A stretch of DNA of 63,372 bases, the filler included, from Phoronis australis (Eukaryota > Animalia > Phoronida), in the NCBI GenBank assembly GCA_002633005.1. It is 7 parts of 7 records of this genome, joined end to end, with 100 filler letters (N's around TTAATTAATTAA, not from the genome) between each part and the next. Parts side by side here need not be neighbours in the genome. Positions count along the whole stretch, not along the records: positions 5,919 to 15,084 come from NMRA01001838.1; positions 15,185 to 22,369 come from NMRA01002060.1; positions 22,470 to 29,455 come from NMRA01002084.1; 4 more parts are not named here. One strand, given 5' to 3'. Every line of letters starts with the position of its first letter. Within the stretch, counting starts at the first letter, position 1. Both the position numbers and the translations under genes were made by a program. Of the stretch, positions 13,150 to 26,105 are shown piece after piece. The notes under the pieces were generated by a model. That model searched no databases. It was not told the DNA's origin and worked only from the letters and a program-made list of their open reading frames with translations.

Positions 13150-14654
13150 GAGCTTTGGTACAAAGCTGTATACAAAATATACAGCTTTGCGCCGATATGA
13201 GTAAAAAAGTGGTAAGATAAACTCTGACACAAAATTAGTGTCATTAAAAACTACAGTCTTCCTTGAGTAAACTAAATCAATTAACTGTGTTGGAAAAAAC
13301 GGCGTTCTACCGTTATTCTGCAGCTAAAGTTGTGGAGCGATCCTTAGCGACGGCTTTCGGCGCCATGAAATATTCGGCGTCACCTATTGGCCAGTTTCTT
13401 TTTTCGCCGATTCTTCAATCAACTAATGTTCTTTCACGAGGTTGCGTACACGTCACAACAAATTATCGGAACTGGTTTCACTTCATTATAAGTTTTTAGA
13501 ATTTTAATACCGAAAAACCGAATTTCAGAAGACATTTTGCTGCTGCCAAGCTATCATCTCCCGAGAGATGTCGCAAAATTTAGGAAATGGCGCGTGCACG
13601 TGTCACGAGCGTACTGTTTTCAATACGACGACATAACTTTTCTTATTTAGCAAAGGCTGAGGATTACGCAAGAAAATGACGTTTATTATATTGTTTTCCA
13701 CTTAAACGGCTGTAACGGGCAAGTTTGATTCTCACGGAGATTTTGCATGCACCCCGTCCGGTCTTTAGCTCTAGGCCTACATGTTGATATAGTTTTCACG
13801 GCGAGTTGACGAGCAGAACTACCCTGGCTGTGTGCAATTTAGGAGTCTATGGAAGAAAAACACAGAGTGGTACCTAGCCAGCCAGCTAGCTGTATGAAGA
13901 CTGTCGTCAAAATACAGCTAGGTACCACTCTGTGTATTTCTTCCGTAGACCCCGAAATTGCACACAGGCAGGGTAGTTCTCCTTGTCACCTCGCCGTAAA
14001 ACTTGTATCAACATGTAAAGCTAAAGATCGGACGGGTGCATGCAAAATCTGGGAATTAACGGACACTCACCTTGCCCGTTACAGCCGTTTAAGTGAAAAA
14101 CAATGCAATAAACGTCATTTTCTTGCGTAACTCTCCGCCTTTTCTAACAATGAAAAGTATGTCGTCGTTTTGAAAACAGTATGTTCGTGTCACGCGCACG
14201 CGCCATTTCCTACAATTTTTGCGACATCTCTCGGGAGATGGTGATAGCTTGGTAGCAACAAAATTTCCTCTAAAATTCGGTTTTTCGGTATCAAAATTCT
14301 AAAAACTTATAATGAAGTGAAACCAGGTCCGATAATTTGCTATGACGTGTATGCAGCCTCGTGAAAGAACAACAGTTGATTGAAGAATCGGAGAAAAAAG
14401 AATTCAAACTGGCCAATAGGTGACACAATGATATTTCATGGCGCCGAAAGCCGTCGCTAAAGATTGCTCCACAACTTAAGCAGCAGAATAACGGTAGATC
14501 GCCATTTTTTCCAACACTGTTAAATAATTTAGTTTACTCAAGGAAAACTGTCGTTTTTAATTACACTAATTTTGTGTCAGATTTTATCGTACCACTTTTT
14601 TACCCACGTCGGTACAAAGCTGTATATTTAGTATACAGCTTTGTACCAAGGCTA
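13150..14654. mobile_element. 1.5-kb foldback (palindromic) non-autonomous element
   Basis: Arms 13150-13874 and 13921-14654 are reverse complements along their length. Termini (G)AGCTTTGGTAC / GTACCAAGGCTA. The loop is 46 nt. Confidence 0.88.
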
Positions 14655-14736
14655 AAAGGTATAGCTGCATTTTGACGACAGTCATCATCCGGCTAGCTGT
14701 CTGACTAAGTATGACCCTAGTAACAAGGCGACTTAC

Positions 14737-14968
14737 TAAAATGTCACGTTGCCTGAAAACGACAAAGGCGACACCCATGTGAAAGTTCTGTTGTTTTTGC
14801 CCGCATTTTCGCTGTGAGACACCATGTCGTAACTGTTGGAGCACTTCTGGCGCTGTGAGCCAGGTTCAAGCAAAGACCAAGTACCCACGGGCTCGTTATT
14901 TCCAATCCCGCGGGCTTGAAGCATGAAGCCTTTGAATGTTGCGCTCGATGTTGTTCCTTCGATTATAA
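14737..14968 (-). CDS. Reeler-domain protein (putative defense-protein/REELD-like), core exon
   Basis: Contains the Reeler signature TFKGFMLQAR...VGTW...C...VSH...FTWVSP...GNVTF. Acceptor catttcAG, donor GTAAGT. Upstream exons lie beyond the contig end. Confidence 0.88.
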
Positions 14969-15084
14969 CTGAAATGAACCTACGGCTGTTATACATTCCG
15001 TCCAGTTCGATAGAACATAGTAAACCACATGTATTTCAATCCATAGGCGGATTTAGGGGAGGGGGCAGGGGACCCGCCCCCCCC

Positions 15085-15184
15085 NNNNNNNNNNNNNNNN
15101 NNNNNNNNNNNNNNNNNNNNNNNNNNNNTTAATTAATTAANNNNNNNNNNNNNNNNNNNNNNNNNNNNNNNNNNNNNNNNNNNN
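15085..15184. other. Artificial contig linker
   Basis: 44 N + TTAATTAATTAA + 44 N. Confidence 0.98.
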
Positions 15185-17145
15185 GAGGCGGTGATCACTG
15201 TTTGCACTGGTTGAGTTTTGTCAAATATCAGACCAGTTTGCTAACGTCAAAAGCCCTTAAAATCCACCCACAGTTATCTCTATGGAAACCACCCAGCTTC
15301 ACCTGATGTTCTTATTCTTGTGAGTTTAACTCGTGTAATTAGGCGCCGGGAAATTGTCCGTCATTAGCATGAAAGTAAACACTGCAGGTAACAACAATAG
15401 AATTTTTGAAGTTTTTGTTTTGAAAGTTTTTGAATAGGATTGTGGAAAGTAACTACACATGGTTAGGTTTTTCCATTTTGAAAATCGGACTAGAAACGTT
15501 ACTTTTATGACGTAAAACTGAGAAAGTCCACAGTCAGAGTATTCTGCAGGCTACGCAACATAATGGGCCAATTACCAAGGGTCTTATAAACCAACTGTTT
15601 GAAATTGAGGAATTCCAATTCACACATACACGGTATGGGATCTTGAGATTGAACTTGTTACAACAGTGATGAGCCTGGCTTCTCCATATGGTTTAGAGAG
15701 CTTTGAAAATCATTTGTGCATTCTGATTTCTGGTAACCAAATAGCCGCATCTCGAAATCATTGCTCTTTGTTTGCAGAGGCAGAAATCGCCTCGTGTGAT
15801 TGGTCTGGTTTTTGAAATGTAGGGTTGCTAACACATTTTATTTTGAGCTTAGTCAGGCAAGTGAAGAAGATTTTATCATGCCTCATTCAGTTTTTTATTT
15901 TGTTTATATCTGTACAGCTGTGAGGTAAGCGACCAACGGATATGCAGAACTGTGGGTAAATATCCCAAAATCAGAGAGGGCGCTGTATTACTGGAAGTTA
16001 TTTCTTTTGTGACTTCTGACTGCTGCAACAGGTAGATAAAATTTCACCAATGTATGACACAATATGGCCGACCAGTGGGATATATTTTATGTTGTTTTCC
16101 TTGCAACATATTTAGCATGTTGTTCAAATTTTGTACTATAGCTACTGTCCCAAAAAGTTTTGAAAAATCATCGGCATTTTTGTAAATATTAGAAAACCTT
16201 TAATAATTACACAATTTTTGGGCGATTGTTTCGTCTGTAATCGTTCAGACTTTAGTGTTTGACACATTTTTGTTTGGCTGTCAGTATGTTAAGATAAAAT
16301 TTTAGTTTTTAGACACCTTAGTTTGTACACTTTAAATTTCACAGTTCTATTGTGCAAAAAAAAAACAGTTGTTTGATGAAACCACTTATATTTAAAAATT
16401 CATGTCTTTGGGGATTTGAAAGAACCTTCAGTTCATTATTGAAAGCAAGCTTAGTTCTTTATGAATATGGGCTGCACAATTTCGATTGTCACGGTGTGTC
16501 CATGTCTTGCATGGTCTCGACGAATAAAAAAAACTACCAGCTGTGCAAACCTGAAATCACTTAGCTCATTTCAGTAAGGAGCTAGTCAGTTTCATAGCAA
16601 TAGTGAACTAAATCAAAGTTCACTTGTAGCTCTGCTAACTGTTTCATTATTACTTGGAGGAAAAAGGTAACAGGCTTTGAATCATAGCAAAATGACAATT
16701 TTGTTAATCATTTCTGTGGAAAAAATTGTTGGTGAGCAACTACGGTAACCTTTTCTTATGAGAATTCAGATCATAGTGGCATTACTATTTTAAAGAATTC
16801 ACTGTCGGTTTGGGTTTGGAGAAGGTAAGTTGTTGGCATAGTGGCTTAGAATGTTGGGCGTTGTAAATGCTTAAGTGTCATTCACATATAGGCCTTTTGA
16901 GATTGATGTGCAAGATTAGTGAAAGAAGTTCTTTGTGAACCCTGCTTTCAGCCATACAACTGCTCCAATAAATCTGAGTAAGCAGCTGAACAAAGTGTTT
17001 TGTGGCGCTGACTTAAGAGATAATTGTTTATTACCCCCTATGGGTGTAGAATAGGCAGGCCTGGAATGGTGGCCATGTTGCCTTTTGTTGGACAGTGGTG
17101 TTAACAGGTATTTGAATGCCGTTTTCTTTTTCTTTTCAGGGCAGG

Positions 17146-17203
17146 ATGGTGTCTGTTGCTGACAGCATCTACACACAGTATCTAAACTCTATCCCTCACA
17201 GAG
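17146..17203 (+). CDS. Probable first coding exon of an unidentified gene (exon 17140-17203)
   Basis: Very strong acceptor (TTTTCTTTTTCTTTTCAG), ATG in AGGATGG context, peptide MVSVADSIYTQYLNSIPHR, donor AG|GTAAGT. I do not recognise a homolog. Confidence 0.45.
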
Positions 17204-17389
17204 GTAAGTCACTTGTCACACTAACCAGGTGCATTAATATCCACCTTGGTTTGTGTCCAGATCCGGGTTATTGAAAGGTTTTTTCTATATGTCTTTATAA
17301 ATTTTTTGCTATGAATTTAGTTTTCTTTTTGATTGATTTTAATATTAAAACGATGGTCATGTGACCTAATTGGGATAACGTGAAAAATC

Positions 17390-17503
17390 AAATTCTATGC
17401 GATTTCTACTTGCAGAAAGTAATCATTCACTTTCCTTGAGTTAAATTCTATGCGGTTTCGACTTGCAGAAAATAATCATTCACTTTCCTTGAGTTAAATT
17501 CTA
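17390..17503. repeat. 53-bp tandem duplication
   Basis: AAATTCTATGCG...CACTTTCCTTGAGTT occurs twice, followed by a partial third copy. Confidence 0.85.
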
Positions 17504-17587
17504 CAGTTCTGTAGATATTTGAATAAATGCACCTTCTCACCCATAAAGTTGTACTGACAATATTTCATTGCATCATAGAATGTGTAA

Positions 17588-17995
17588 AGTGCCGTTCACA
17601 TACAGACTTATCCTAGAACAAGTTGCTCCTGGAACGAATCGCCATAGGTTTGAGGACTGTGTGGACGCTATTTAAACCAGCAAGTTACCCCACTGGTGAC
17701 AACTTGCTCCACCTTATTGAAGTAGGGTAACTTGTTCTAGGATAACTTTCTTCCTTTCTAATCACTGTGTGTCTGCAAACCTGGGGCAAGGCGGAAGTAA
17801 TTATCATCTGGGGTTATGTAACAGACGGGTCTTCTTTTGCGCACGGTGTTCGCGTCAGCTGTTCATTGTCAAGCACAGAGCGAGAACTTCTGTCTTACCC
17901 TAGGTATCAGAACTGTGTGTGTTGCTCCACTTATAAGTGGGGTAAGTTACACTGGTGTAAGTTGTTCTAGCGTAGGCTGTGTGTGGAGGGAACGT
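17588..17995. mobile_element. MITE-like dispersed repeat (PIF/Harbinger-like); inverted partial copy at ~29990-30130
   Basis: AGTGCCGTTCACATACAGACTTATCCTAGAACAAGTT matches the reverse complement of 30095-30130. Internal AACTTG/CAAGTT subrepeats and imperfect TIRs. Confidence 0.55.
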
Positions 17996-20900
17996 TTTGT
18001 TTTGACTTCCATAGTGGCAGGTGTCATGTGCATAGTAGCACATGGAGTTGAGGATTAGTGAGAAATCACATGGAAACACTATGGAGCCCTTTGAAGATGA
18101 CATTTATGAAGTTTTATTGTTAGTTGGCACATCCTAATGAACTCTCCTGGAAAAATACATTGCATTACTGAGCTACTCTTCAAAATGTCCCTCCCGAGCT
18201 GATTACAAAGGAAAGTTCACCCTCCAGGGATATTTATCCAGTTTACCATATTGGTATCACCATTGGAACTCCATGCAGTCGTACAAATTTGCCAGCATTA
18301 CAACTATGGATTACGTAATAAAGCTATGAAATACTGAGGGAGACTTTTACCTGTGAAGAGGCAGCATGTTCTTGACACTTGTGTTGCATTGTGGGTAAAT
18401 ACCTAGAATGGTGCTGTGCTATTTCTGAACAGTTGTGCTCTGACATAGGACAAAACATTATATTGAATTATAATAAAGTTTCTTCAAATTGGACACAATA
18501 CTTTGGACCAATTTATAAAAAATTTCAGCAATTATAAACAAGAACAAAAATTAACTTGGTTCTTTGAAGTCTTTCTATAGCACAGCTGTCATCAACAATT
18601 TTGAAAATTTTTGGAAGTACTCAAGCGTTTTAAGTATGAAAAAATGCCAATTTCGGTCATTATTTTTTGTTCGTGATGTGAGGAAACTTTACTATTATCA
18701 GTCTACCATTTGTTTGACCAAGCTTGCTCAAGGTTAAATTGCTACATCATTTTACTTGATACTGTCCCCAATATTGGGTTCCTTACTCCCTTTGCATCAG
18801 TACTGATGCTCAGTCAGTTTGATAACCAGTACTGAAGCATTCTGTTCACCATACTGATGGTGCATTGCACACTCCCCTGTAGAGAGCCATAAACTATGTG
18901 CTCAACTTATCTAGACAGGGTAATTCAGGTTTATGCTGAGATGTACTGTGTTGCTGCATTGCAACGTTGGCATACCAATGTGGTCTCACTTAAAACAAAG
19001 AAGGCACTAGTGTGACCCCAGTTTTGCATGGTCNCCCCCCCCCCCCCGCTGAACTCTGATTTCTGACTAAAAACTTGTGACCATTATATTGAAACAGCTG
19101 GGTTACATAAGTTGTTTTATGACACTGGCCACATGGAGAATTTCTGGATAACACTGGTCACCACTAGGATTCCCTTAACCCCAGACAATTTGTATGATGC
19201 TTATTCAGCTCCCCTAATGTAGATCTGAGGTAATGAAGTGGAAAGGTAATTAATACCTAGCATTACTATCTCAACAATCATGGTTGTTATTTCACCCAAA
19301 CTGGTTTTCTCTGGCATTTGCACAGAGTTAGCCTGCAACTGTGGGGAGTAGTTTTAACTTGGTACATTTTAAATATAATTACAAAATGACTAAAAAGTTA
19401 GTTTGTTTATCTTGGCCAAGAGTCACTTCCCAAAGGAACGGTGGTTTAATTATGTTTCATACTGGTTTTAATACTCCTGTCTACCTGTTTTTATTTTCTT
19501 CATGGGAACAGGTTGGTATCTTTCTGACGTACCAGCGAAACTTACTTAGTTTAGTTAATTTTGAACCAATCCCTGAACTATCCAGATTACAGCTTCACTA
19601 AAAATTTTGACAGCAAACAAAAATTACTACATGTGTCATTAGTTCAAGTTTAATCTTTCTTAGAACAATAAATCATAAAATATACCCTGGTATACAAAAG
19701 TGAAACTGAAGATTTGGAATATCTGGACAATTTCGGTTGCACTGAGTACATAACTATTCTAACTTTTGATCAGTCATAAAAATGAAGAGCGAGCACAACT
19801 TAAATACAACTGTTTCCTAGTCTTAAATCTGGGTAAAAGAGATTGAAAGAATATCAAAAGAATAATCCATGTGATTTTGTTAACTCTTATTAGGGTTTGT
19901 AAATCCACCGAGTATACCAATATGCACACGCACCCAATGTGTGTAGTTTTTAGCTTATTAGTTCGTGATTTTTAAAAATCAAAAACCTTACTCGGTTGTT
20001 TTTTCCAGCTAAATACCACCGTGGTGTTAGTTTTTAATGAAAATTATTGGTCAATGCATTTTGAAAATTCGCCATTATGTACAAGCAGAGATGTTTACTA
20101 CTGTTTATGGACGGGTAATTACACTTAACTGAGTCTTGCTTGCACCAGACAATGAGTCATCACAACTGTATCGGACTCCAGTGCCGCGCTCTCATTGCAC
20201 CTGGTAAAAGCCACTCAGAAGGACAAGTGAAAATTCCTACATATCCTTAGAAATGTGTGATTTCCTTGTAACCGTACTATTCATGTAAGAGTCAGCAGGA
20301 TACACAAACTCACTTTCTTGAGACTTTTCATATTGCCTTTGGGTGTCTTTGATCTTCTCTTTAAGTCCTTTCACACTGCTTCCAAAGCTTCAGGAGTAAC
20401 GGGGAACACTTACTTTGGTCTTTTATCAAAGTTAACGGTGCTAGTTAATTCTGAATTTAAAAGGTGAATTTAACAGCAAAGCATAGATGCTTTGGTATAA
20501 TGAGAATACTTTACTTCAATGTCACCGGAGTTGTGGGCAGGTGTCACTGCATTCACCAGCGTCGGGCAGTAACTGGTTAATATCATTGATTCCAATATTT
20601 GTTATTTTGGCAGTAAGCATTCCGTTTCAATTTGTGCTTGCTGGTTTCTTTCCTTAAAAAATGATAAAAACTCACTGAATGAGTTCCCGTCAAACGACAC
20701 CGGCTTTACACAGATGTGCTGCAACCCGCAAGACTCCAGTTTCCTGTTAAATATCGACTTTCTTCCTCATCACAACGTGACATCCTGGTGTCTATGTGCG
20801 CAGGGGGGGGGGGAGGGGGGAGGTCCTTGCCATTTTTTTATGGCAAGGACAAACACAGTAAGGCATACGAATGTATACAGGCCTAATGAGATAAATTATG

Positions 20901-22369
20901 TGTAGCTCATTGTACAGGCTAAGGTTATAGTGGCGCCACCTTGTGATTACTTCACTGAATTGGGACTCCGAAGTTGATGTGAACGCTCAGATGAACTTAA
21001 TCAGAATAAACCACACTTAACATCGTAGTTTCGGTTGTAGCGAATTTAACTAGGGGCCTTTTAGTAAAGTGTAGCAATTTGGGTACATTAGTATTGGAAT
21101 GGAATGGAGCGAAATTCAAATTAGGCTTCTCCAAGGGTCTTGAAAAACTTGCTAGGTCAGTCGCTTGTATCAGCATTGAATTCCAGGGTTGGAAAGCCTT
21201 GTGTCTTAGTGATAGTGGTGTTGCATTGCAAACATTCCCTGTGCAGTTTCAACCAACTCCAGACCAAAGTTGCTTGCATGATCAGGTTACAACCTGGTAT
21301 ATTGTGAGGTGTGAGCTTCTGTTGGAGCACACAAGTCATAGAACAAATATGACCCCCCCCCCCCAATTACTAAAATCCAGTAGAACTAGTTTCATCAATG
21401 AGTATCAGAATTGTAACTAAATCATGTTTGGCTAATATTTATTGTATGTTTCTTTGAAAAAAAAAAACAATTCCAACACAACTTTTCACGGGAATTCAAT
21501 TTCATTATTGTCAAATGGGTAAAAAATCACTAGTTTTAGTCCACTGTAGTTTTAGTTATTTCAGCCAGTATTTTATTGCCTTGAAGTCATAGCTAATGTA
21601 ATAAATTCCCTGCTCCTCACATAAGAAGCTAGATTAGCGTACAAATGGACTGAAAAAGCAAGATCCAGGACTTTGAGTTAGGGGGTGCCAGGGCAAATTA
21701 TTCACTAGAATTTTGCCCGTCAGACATTCGCACCCCCTAAAACTGCCAAATGGAATATTGGAGAACTTTGGAGGGGGCATGGCCCGGCCCTTCCCTCCCC
21801 CTAAATCCGTCACTGCGAAGTACAAATGCTCTTATGGGCCAATTTTCTATGCTTGGGTAAGAGAACTGGAGGCTGATACTAAAGGGAATTCTGCTCATTT
21901 GGTGATCAAAATAAACATCCCAAGATCTGTACATATGGGACAATGTGTAATTCTTGCAGTGTAGACTCATGGAGGGGCACTAAAATAAAGACATCTGCCG
22001 TATTGCTAGCAATTAAGGTTGTGCAAGCTTTTTGTGGACTCTTCAATAAGAGAGTTCCAAAATTTGAATACCGGCCAAGGTTTATTAACATTGTATTGTC
22101 TGAGTTTGAATAACCTTGTGTAAAGTTTTTAGCTTTTTGATTTTAAATTCTAACAAGGATTATAATTGAACACAGATGAATATTGACTGATAGTCGTTTT
22201 TAGGGGAGTCAGTTAATGATGAGGGAAGTTATTTCACAAAATAGTGGCAAAATAGTTTTCACTTGTTGGCCATCTTGTGTGACGGAATTAAATAGTTGAA
22301 AAACTGGTAGTAACATAAAGCCCAGTCATGGTGTGTGTACTTCACCCTCTGACCTTGACCCCTGTTGCT

Positions 22370-22469
22370 NNNNNNNNNNNNNNNNNNNNNNNNNNNNNNN
22401 NNNNNNNNNNNNNTTAATTAATTAANNNNNNNNNNNNNNNNNNNNNNNNNNNNNNNNNNNNNNNNNNNN
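22370..22469. other. Artificial contig linker
   Basis: 44 N + TTAATTAATTAA + 44 N. Confidence 0.98.
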
Positions 22470-22870
22470 TCCACCTTTATATTTAGCTGGCTAAAACATG
22501 AAAATCGAATTTAAGTCCTTTTAATCTCGACAAATCGGTCTCACAATATTTTTCCCCGTGATAGGATTCTAGTTCAAGACCGTCAAAACCACCAGCGGTT
22601 CAAGAAAACGCTTCAGAGTTTACTGTTGGCCAATCCTAAAACTGCAAATTCGAAAGTGGCGCACATACGCACTGTCTGTGACTTAAAGTTCAACTTGGTA
22701 ACCGACTGAAATAGAATCCCATCATGGTAAGGAATATTACAAGACCAAAAGTATGAGAGAAAAAGCCCGATTCGGCTTTCGTTTTCTAAGCAGGGTGCAA
22801 TGCAGCGTTAAATTGGTGATTAAGACTTGGCCTAATCGTAGCAGTCTAGAGTCTAACATCAAACGCTGAC

Positions 22871-23012
22871 CTTTTTGTTACACTTTTCACAGAAGTAGGC
22901 GTTGGCCCCCTCCAAGAGGTCTCCCTTGACGTACTGTTCAAGAGACTCCCTCAAGTGTTGGTGATTACGAATGTCCACATTGAGTGTGGTGAAAGACTCT
23001 TCGCGCGAGTAC
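22871..23012 (-). CDS. USP9X: Ubiquitin carboxyl-terminal hydrolase FAF-X/USP9, exon
   Basis: Encodes [47 protein letters not shown]; AG/GT boundaries. Confidence 0.93.
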
Positions 23013-23539
23013 CTGCAAATACCAAATGACGTGGCTTAGAACAATGGGGTAAATATGACCATAGTGAGTATTTGCAGCAACGTTGATAATCGGAAACAAT
23101 TGAATTGCAATAAAAATCCAATTATTTTTTGTCCAAATTTGAAGAATTTTTACAGTAATTATCACCCAGAAGGTGAAAAGAATAGTATTTGTGTTCTTGA
23201 GGAAAGAATTGTCAGCATGTGTGTGGTGGTTAGCATGAAACTTCAAAAGTAATTTACTGGTCATGAAGGTTTGATAGCTGCAAGACATCAACATTAGTAG
23301 CACTGAGATATAAGATGACGCCAGTGCCGTTATCCAATGCATTATTTTATGGAAATGGGCTTAAACAAATATTCAACAAGCAAATTCCAGGTATTCTTAT
23401 CAAATAACGCTGCCCCAAGAAAATTCATAACGCACGCCAAGATATGCCCAAGATATGAACAAGACCAATGCGCAGCGGGTAATGAACACAATCTTGTAAA
23501 AAGTGGCTAAAAAGGCTGAATAGGATCACAGACACATAC

Positions 23540-23713
23540 CTGTGTGGACAGTCTTTACAAATTTTTTGATCAGCGAATGAACCAGCAAGAGCCTTTGCCA
23601 GAACAGGTGGCTGCCCAAGAGCTTTTAGTGCCTCATCTAGACTGTCCACTAAACTGTTGAAGAACTCCAGCGCATCGTGTTGTTCTCTTAAGTTGACCGG
23701 CTCTCCCCATAAC
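23540..23713 (-). CDS. USP9X: USP9/FAF exon (QHDA box)
   Basis: Encodes [30 protein letters not shown]...[14 protein letters not shown]. Confidence 0.95.
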
Positions 23714-24242
23714 CTGGTGAAGATAGCAGTCATAAGGTAATACGTAAAAAACTAAGATCACTTTCATGAACATAGCCAGTTTTACAAAACCCTGAATAAT
23801 TATCCAATGCAACACAACAGAAGCACGGCCCAATACTCGAGAATGACAATGCTTCTAATGCACTGCGCCTGCTTGGAGACGTGGCAGGTTCATCGCCATA
23901 TCGGTTAACATAATCTCTTCCATTGACAGAATCTTTTCAACTCCGTGTTACCTAACCTGTATTTTTCGGATTAAAAGAAACAAACCAAGGTCCAAGTATT
24001 TAGTCTTAGCTGTCGTTTATCACAGAAATTCCCAAACATATTCACCCTGCACATAACCACGGCAACTTCAAATTCACAGCCTTCAAATCAGCATTCAGGG
24101 AGCCAAAAACGAGTCTCAAGAGTCTCAACCGAGCCCTTCAACACATCAAGGATTCTATACCTTAGCAAGACAAATAGTTGTAACAGAGAACAAAGTCTTG
24201 ACTTTTTGTTACATCGATTCACATAAACACATCATGACTCAC

Positions 24243-24421
24243 TTAAAATGTTTCCAAAAGCCCCTGGGCACAAAGTACTGCAGCTTACTACAAGCCAGAT
24301 GGCCAAAGATGACCTGTACGTGCTTGAGTACACCCAAGTTGTAGTCCTTGCGCTCATCAGCCTTGCTCATCACAGGCTTCTCTTCGTCCTTACGCTCATC
24401 TTCACCAGTGTCTATGTTGGT
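24243..24421 (-). CDS. USP9X: USP9/FAF exon
   Basis: Encodes TNIDTGED...RKDYNLGVLKHVQVIFGHLACSKLQYFVPRGFWKHF. Confidence 0.93.
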
Positions 24422-24946
24422 CTGTTGAAAGCAACAACTCCTCTGTATGTTGATTGCACAACACCTTATTTTTCCATTATGCATCAATTATTGATGTGCA
24501 TAAGAACAATATGAAGCGACTTCCCATAATGTATGATAAGAATCACATCACACAAAAGCTCGAGGCTACCCCGATTTCAGTACTAATGACAGGTAGAAAG
24601 ATGTCACGAGACTACCTGAATGTTAGTAATAGTTTATAATCAAGATGGTTAAGTTTACGTATCACGTTAAGTCCACAAGCACAAAGTTATTAGAAGAAAG
24701 TCCTTTATTAATTTTTGCTGTATAGTTAACTTCTATAGTGTGTACTCCGTGTAAATAAATATGTTTATAATTATGTTCAACTGTGATGTGGGCCTATGAC
24801 CTTTGAGCGCTTCAATACAGTAAACAATATTCCCATTATGTCACTCTCATCACCTTGAGAATATTGAGCCTCCTCATGAAAGCATGCCGTGATCAGGACA
24901 AGTTCGTCAAACATAAATACACTGCAAACCTACACCCATCTCATAC

Positions 24947-25048
24947 CTCATTATCGGCCTTCTCATCACCCAGCACTTCATCCTCTATGTCCTCTGCCAC
25001 TCCCTCGGCGTGAAGAGAACCTTCACGGATTGACGGAATCATGAACAG
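24947..25048 (-). CDS. USP9X: USP9/FAF exon
   Basis: Encodes LFMIPSIREGSLHAEGVAEDIEDEVLGDEKADNE; phase 0/0. Confidence 0.9.
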
Positions 25049-25381
25049 CTGCAAGAAAATTACTAGGCTTAGATACAAATAGCCGTAGAACCCAAGATCA
25101 CACCAGCATTGTTCAACATCTGCCTAGTTTTTGGAGAGTCACGTTGACTAGAGTAGACTGACAAAATGGCTGTAAATGAAACACTCTTATGAAAGTAAAC
25201 ATTTCATAAACCTGCATAATGTTTATAATTTCAAAATCATGAGAAATGGTTTTGCGACACTAGGTCCCAGTTTAGGACAAATCTTTCAGAATATAGCCCA
25301 GCTGAAGTCATACGATAGAATAAAAACTCAAGTTTTCCACCAAAGGTATGGCTCATGTTGACGAACACCTCACCCACTCAC

Positions 25382-25503
25382 CTGTTGAAGTACCGAGTTC
25401 ATGTAGCAGGTGGCGCCAGCATTCTTCAAGCCAACAAAACCTTTGTACGGACGAGGGCCAACAGGGGGAAGGTACTCCCACTCCACCAGGGCTGGATCGT
25501 GAC
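25382..25503 (-). CDS. USP9X: USP9/FAF exon with the catalytic Cys box
   Basis: Encodes [34 protein letters not shown]. Confidence 0.97.
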
Positions 25504-26105
25504 CTGGCAGAAAGGACAGGACAAAGTCACACAAAAGACTGGAAGTATCATGATGCATCACTTCCAACGCTTGTCAGGTTGATCAATAATCAAACTGAGA
25601 CGACATACTTGAAAAGTCTGTCAAGTCATTGAACAAGACTGAATATGCAAACTCAGTAGATGACAAAAACTTTGTGGGCGAAATTTCTTGCACTCAAGTC
25701 AAATATGGGGACATTGTGATGTCACAAACAGAAGAGCTAAGTGCCACTGGAGTCTTTTGTTGTTACACAAACATCAACATTGGATTGAGTTGACAGTTTT
25801 TACCTGAAACACTATTGCAACTTGAAACATTGAACACATGATCCTCAAGGCAACATGATCTTGGGTCTTATCTACAATGAGCGCTGATACAATATCCACA
25901 TTGGATCAGTTACACCGTCTCTATAATGGGACAACTCTTTAAAGTTACCAGTGACAAAATAGTGCAATGGCCCACTGGAAAGTCGTGCACAAAATGATTC
26001 TAATCGTGACGGTATTGTCAATTTCAAGGTCATCCTAAGAGTATTTTTACAATTAACCGTAAATGACGTCGCATAGTCTCAATTCTGAATGGCCACCAGA
26101 CTTAC

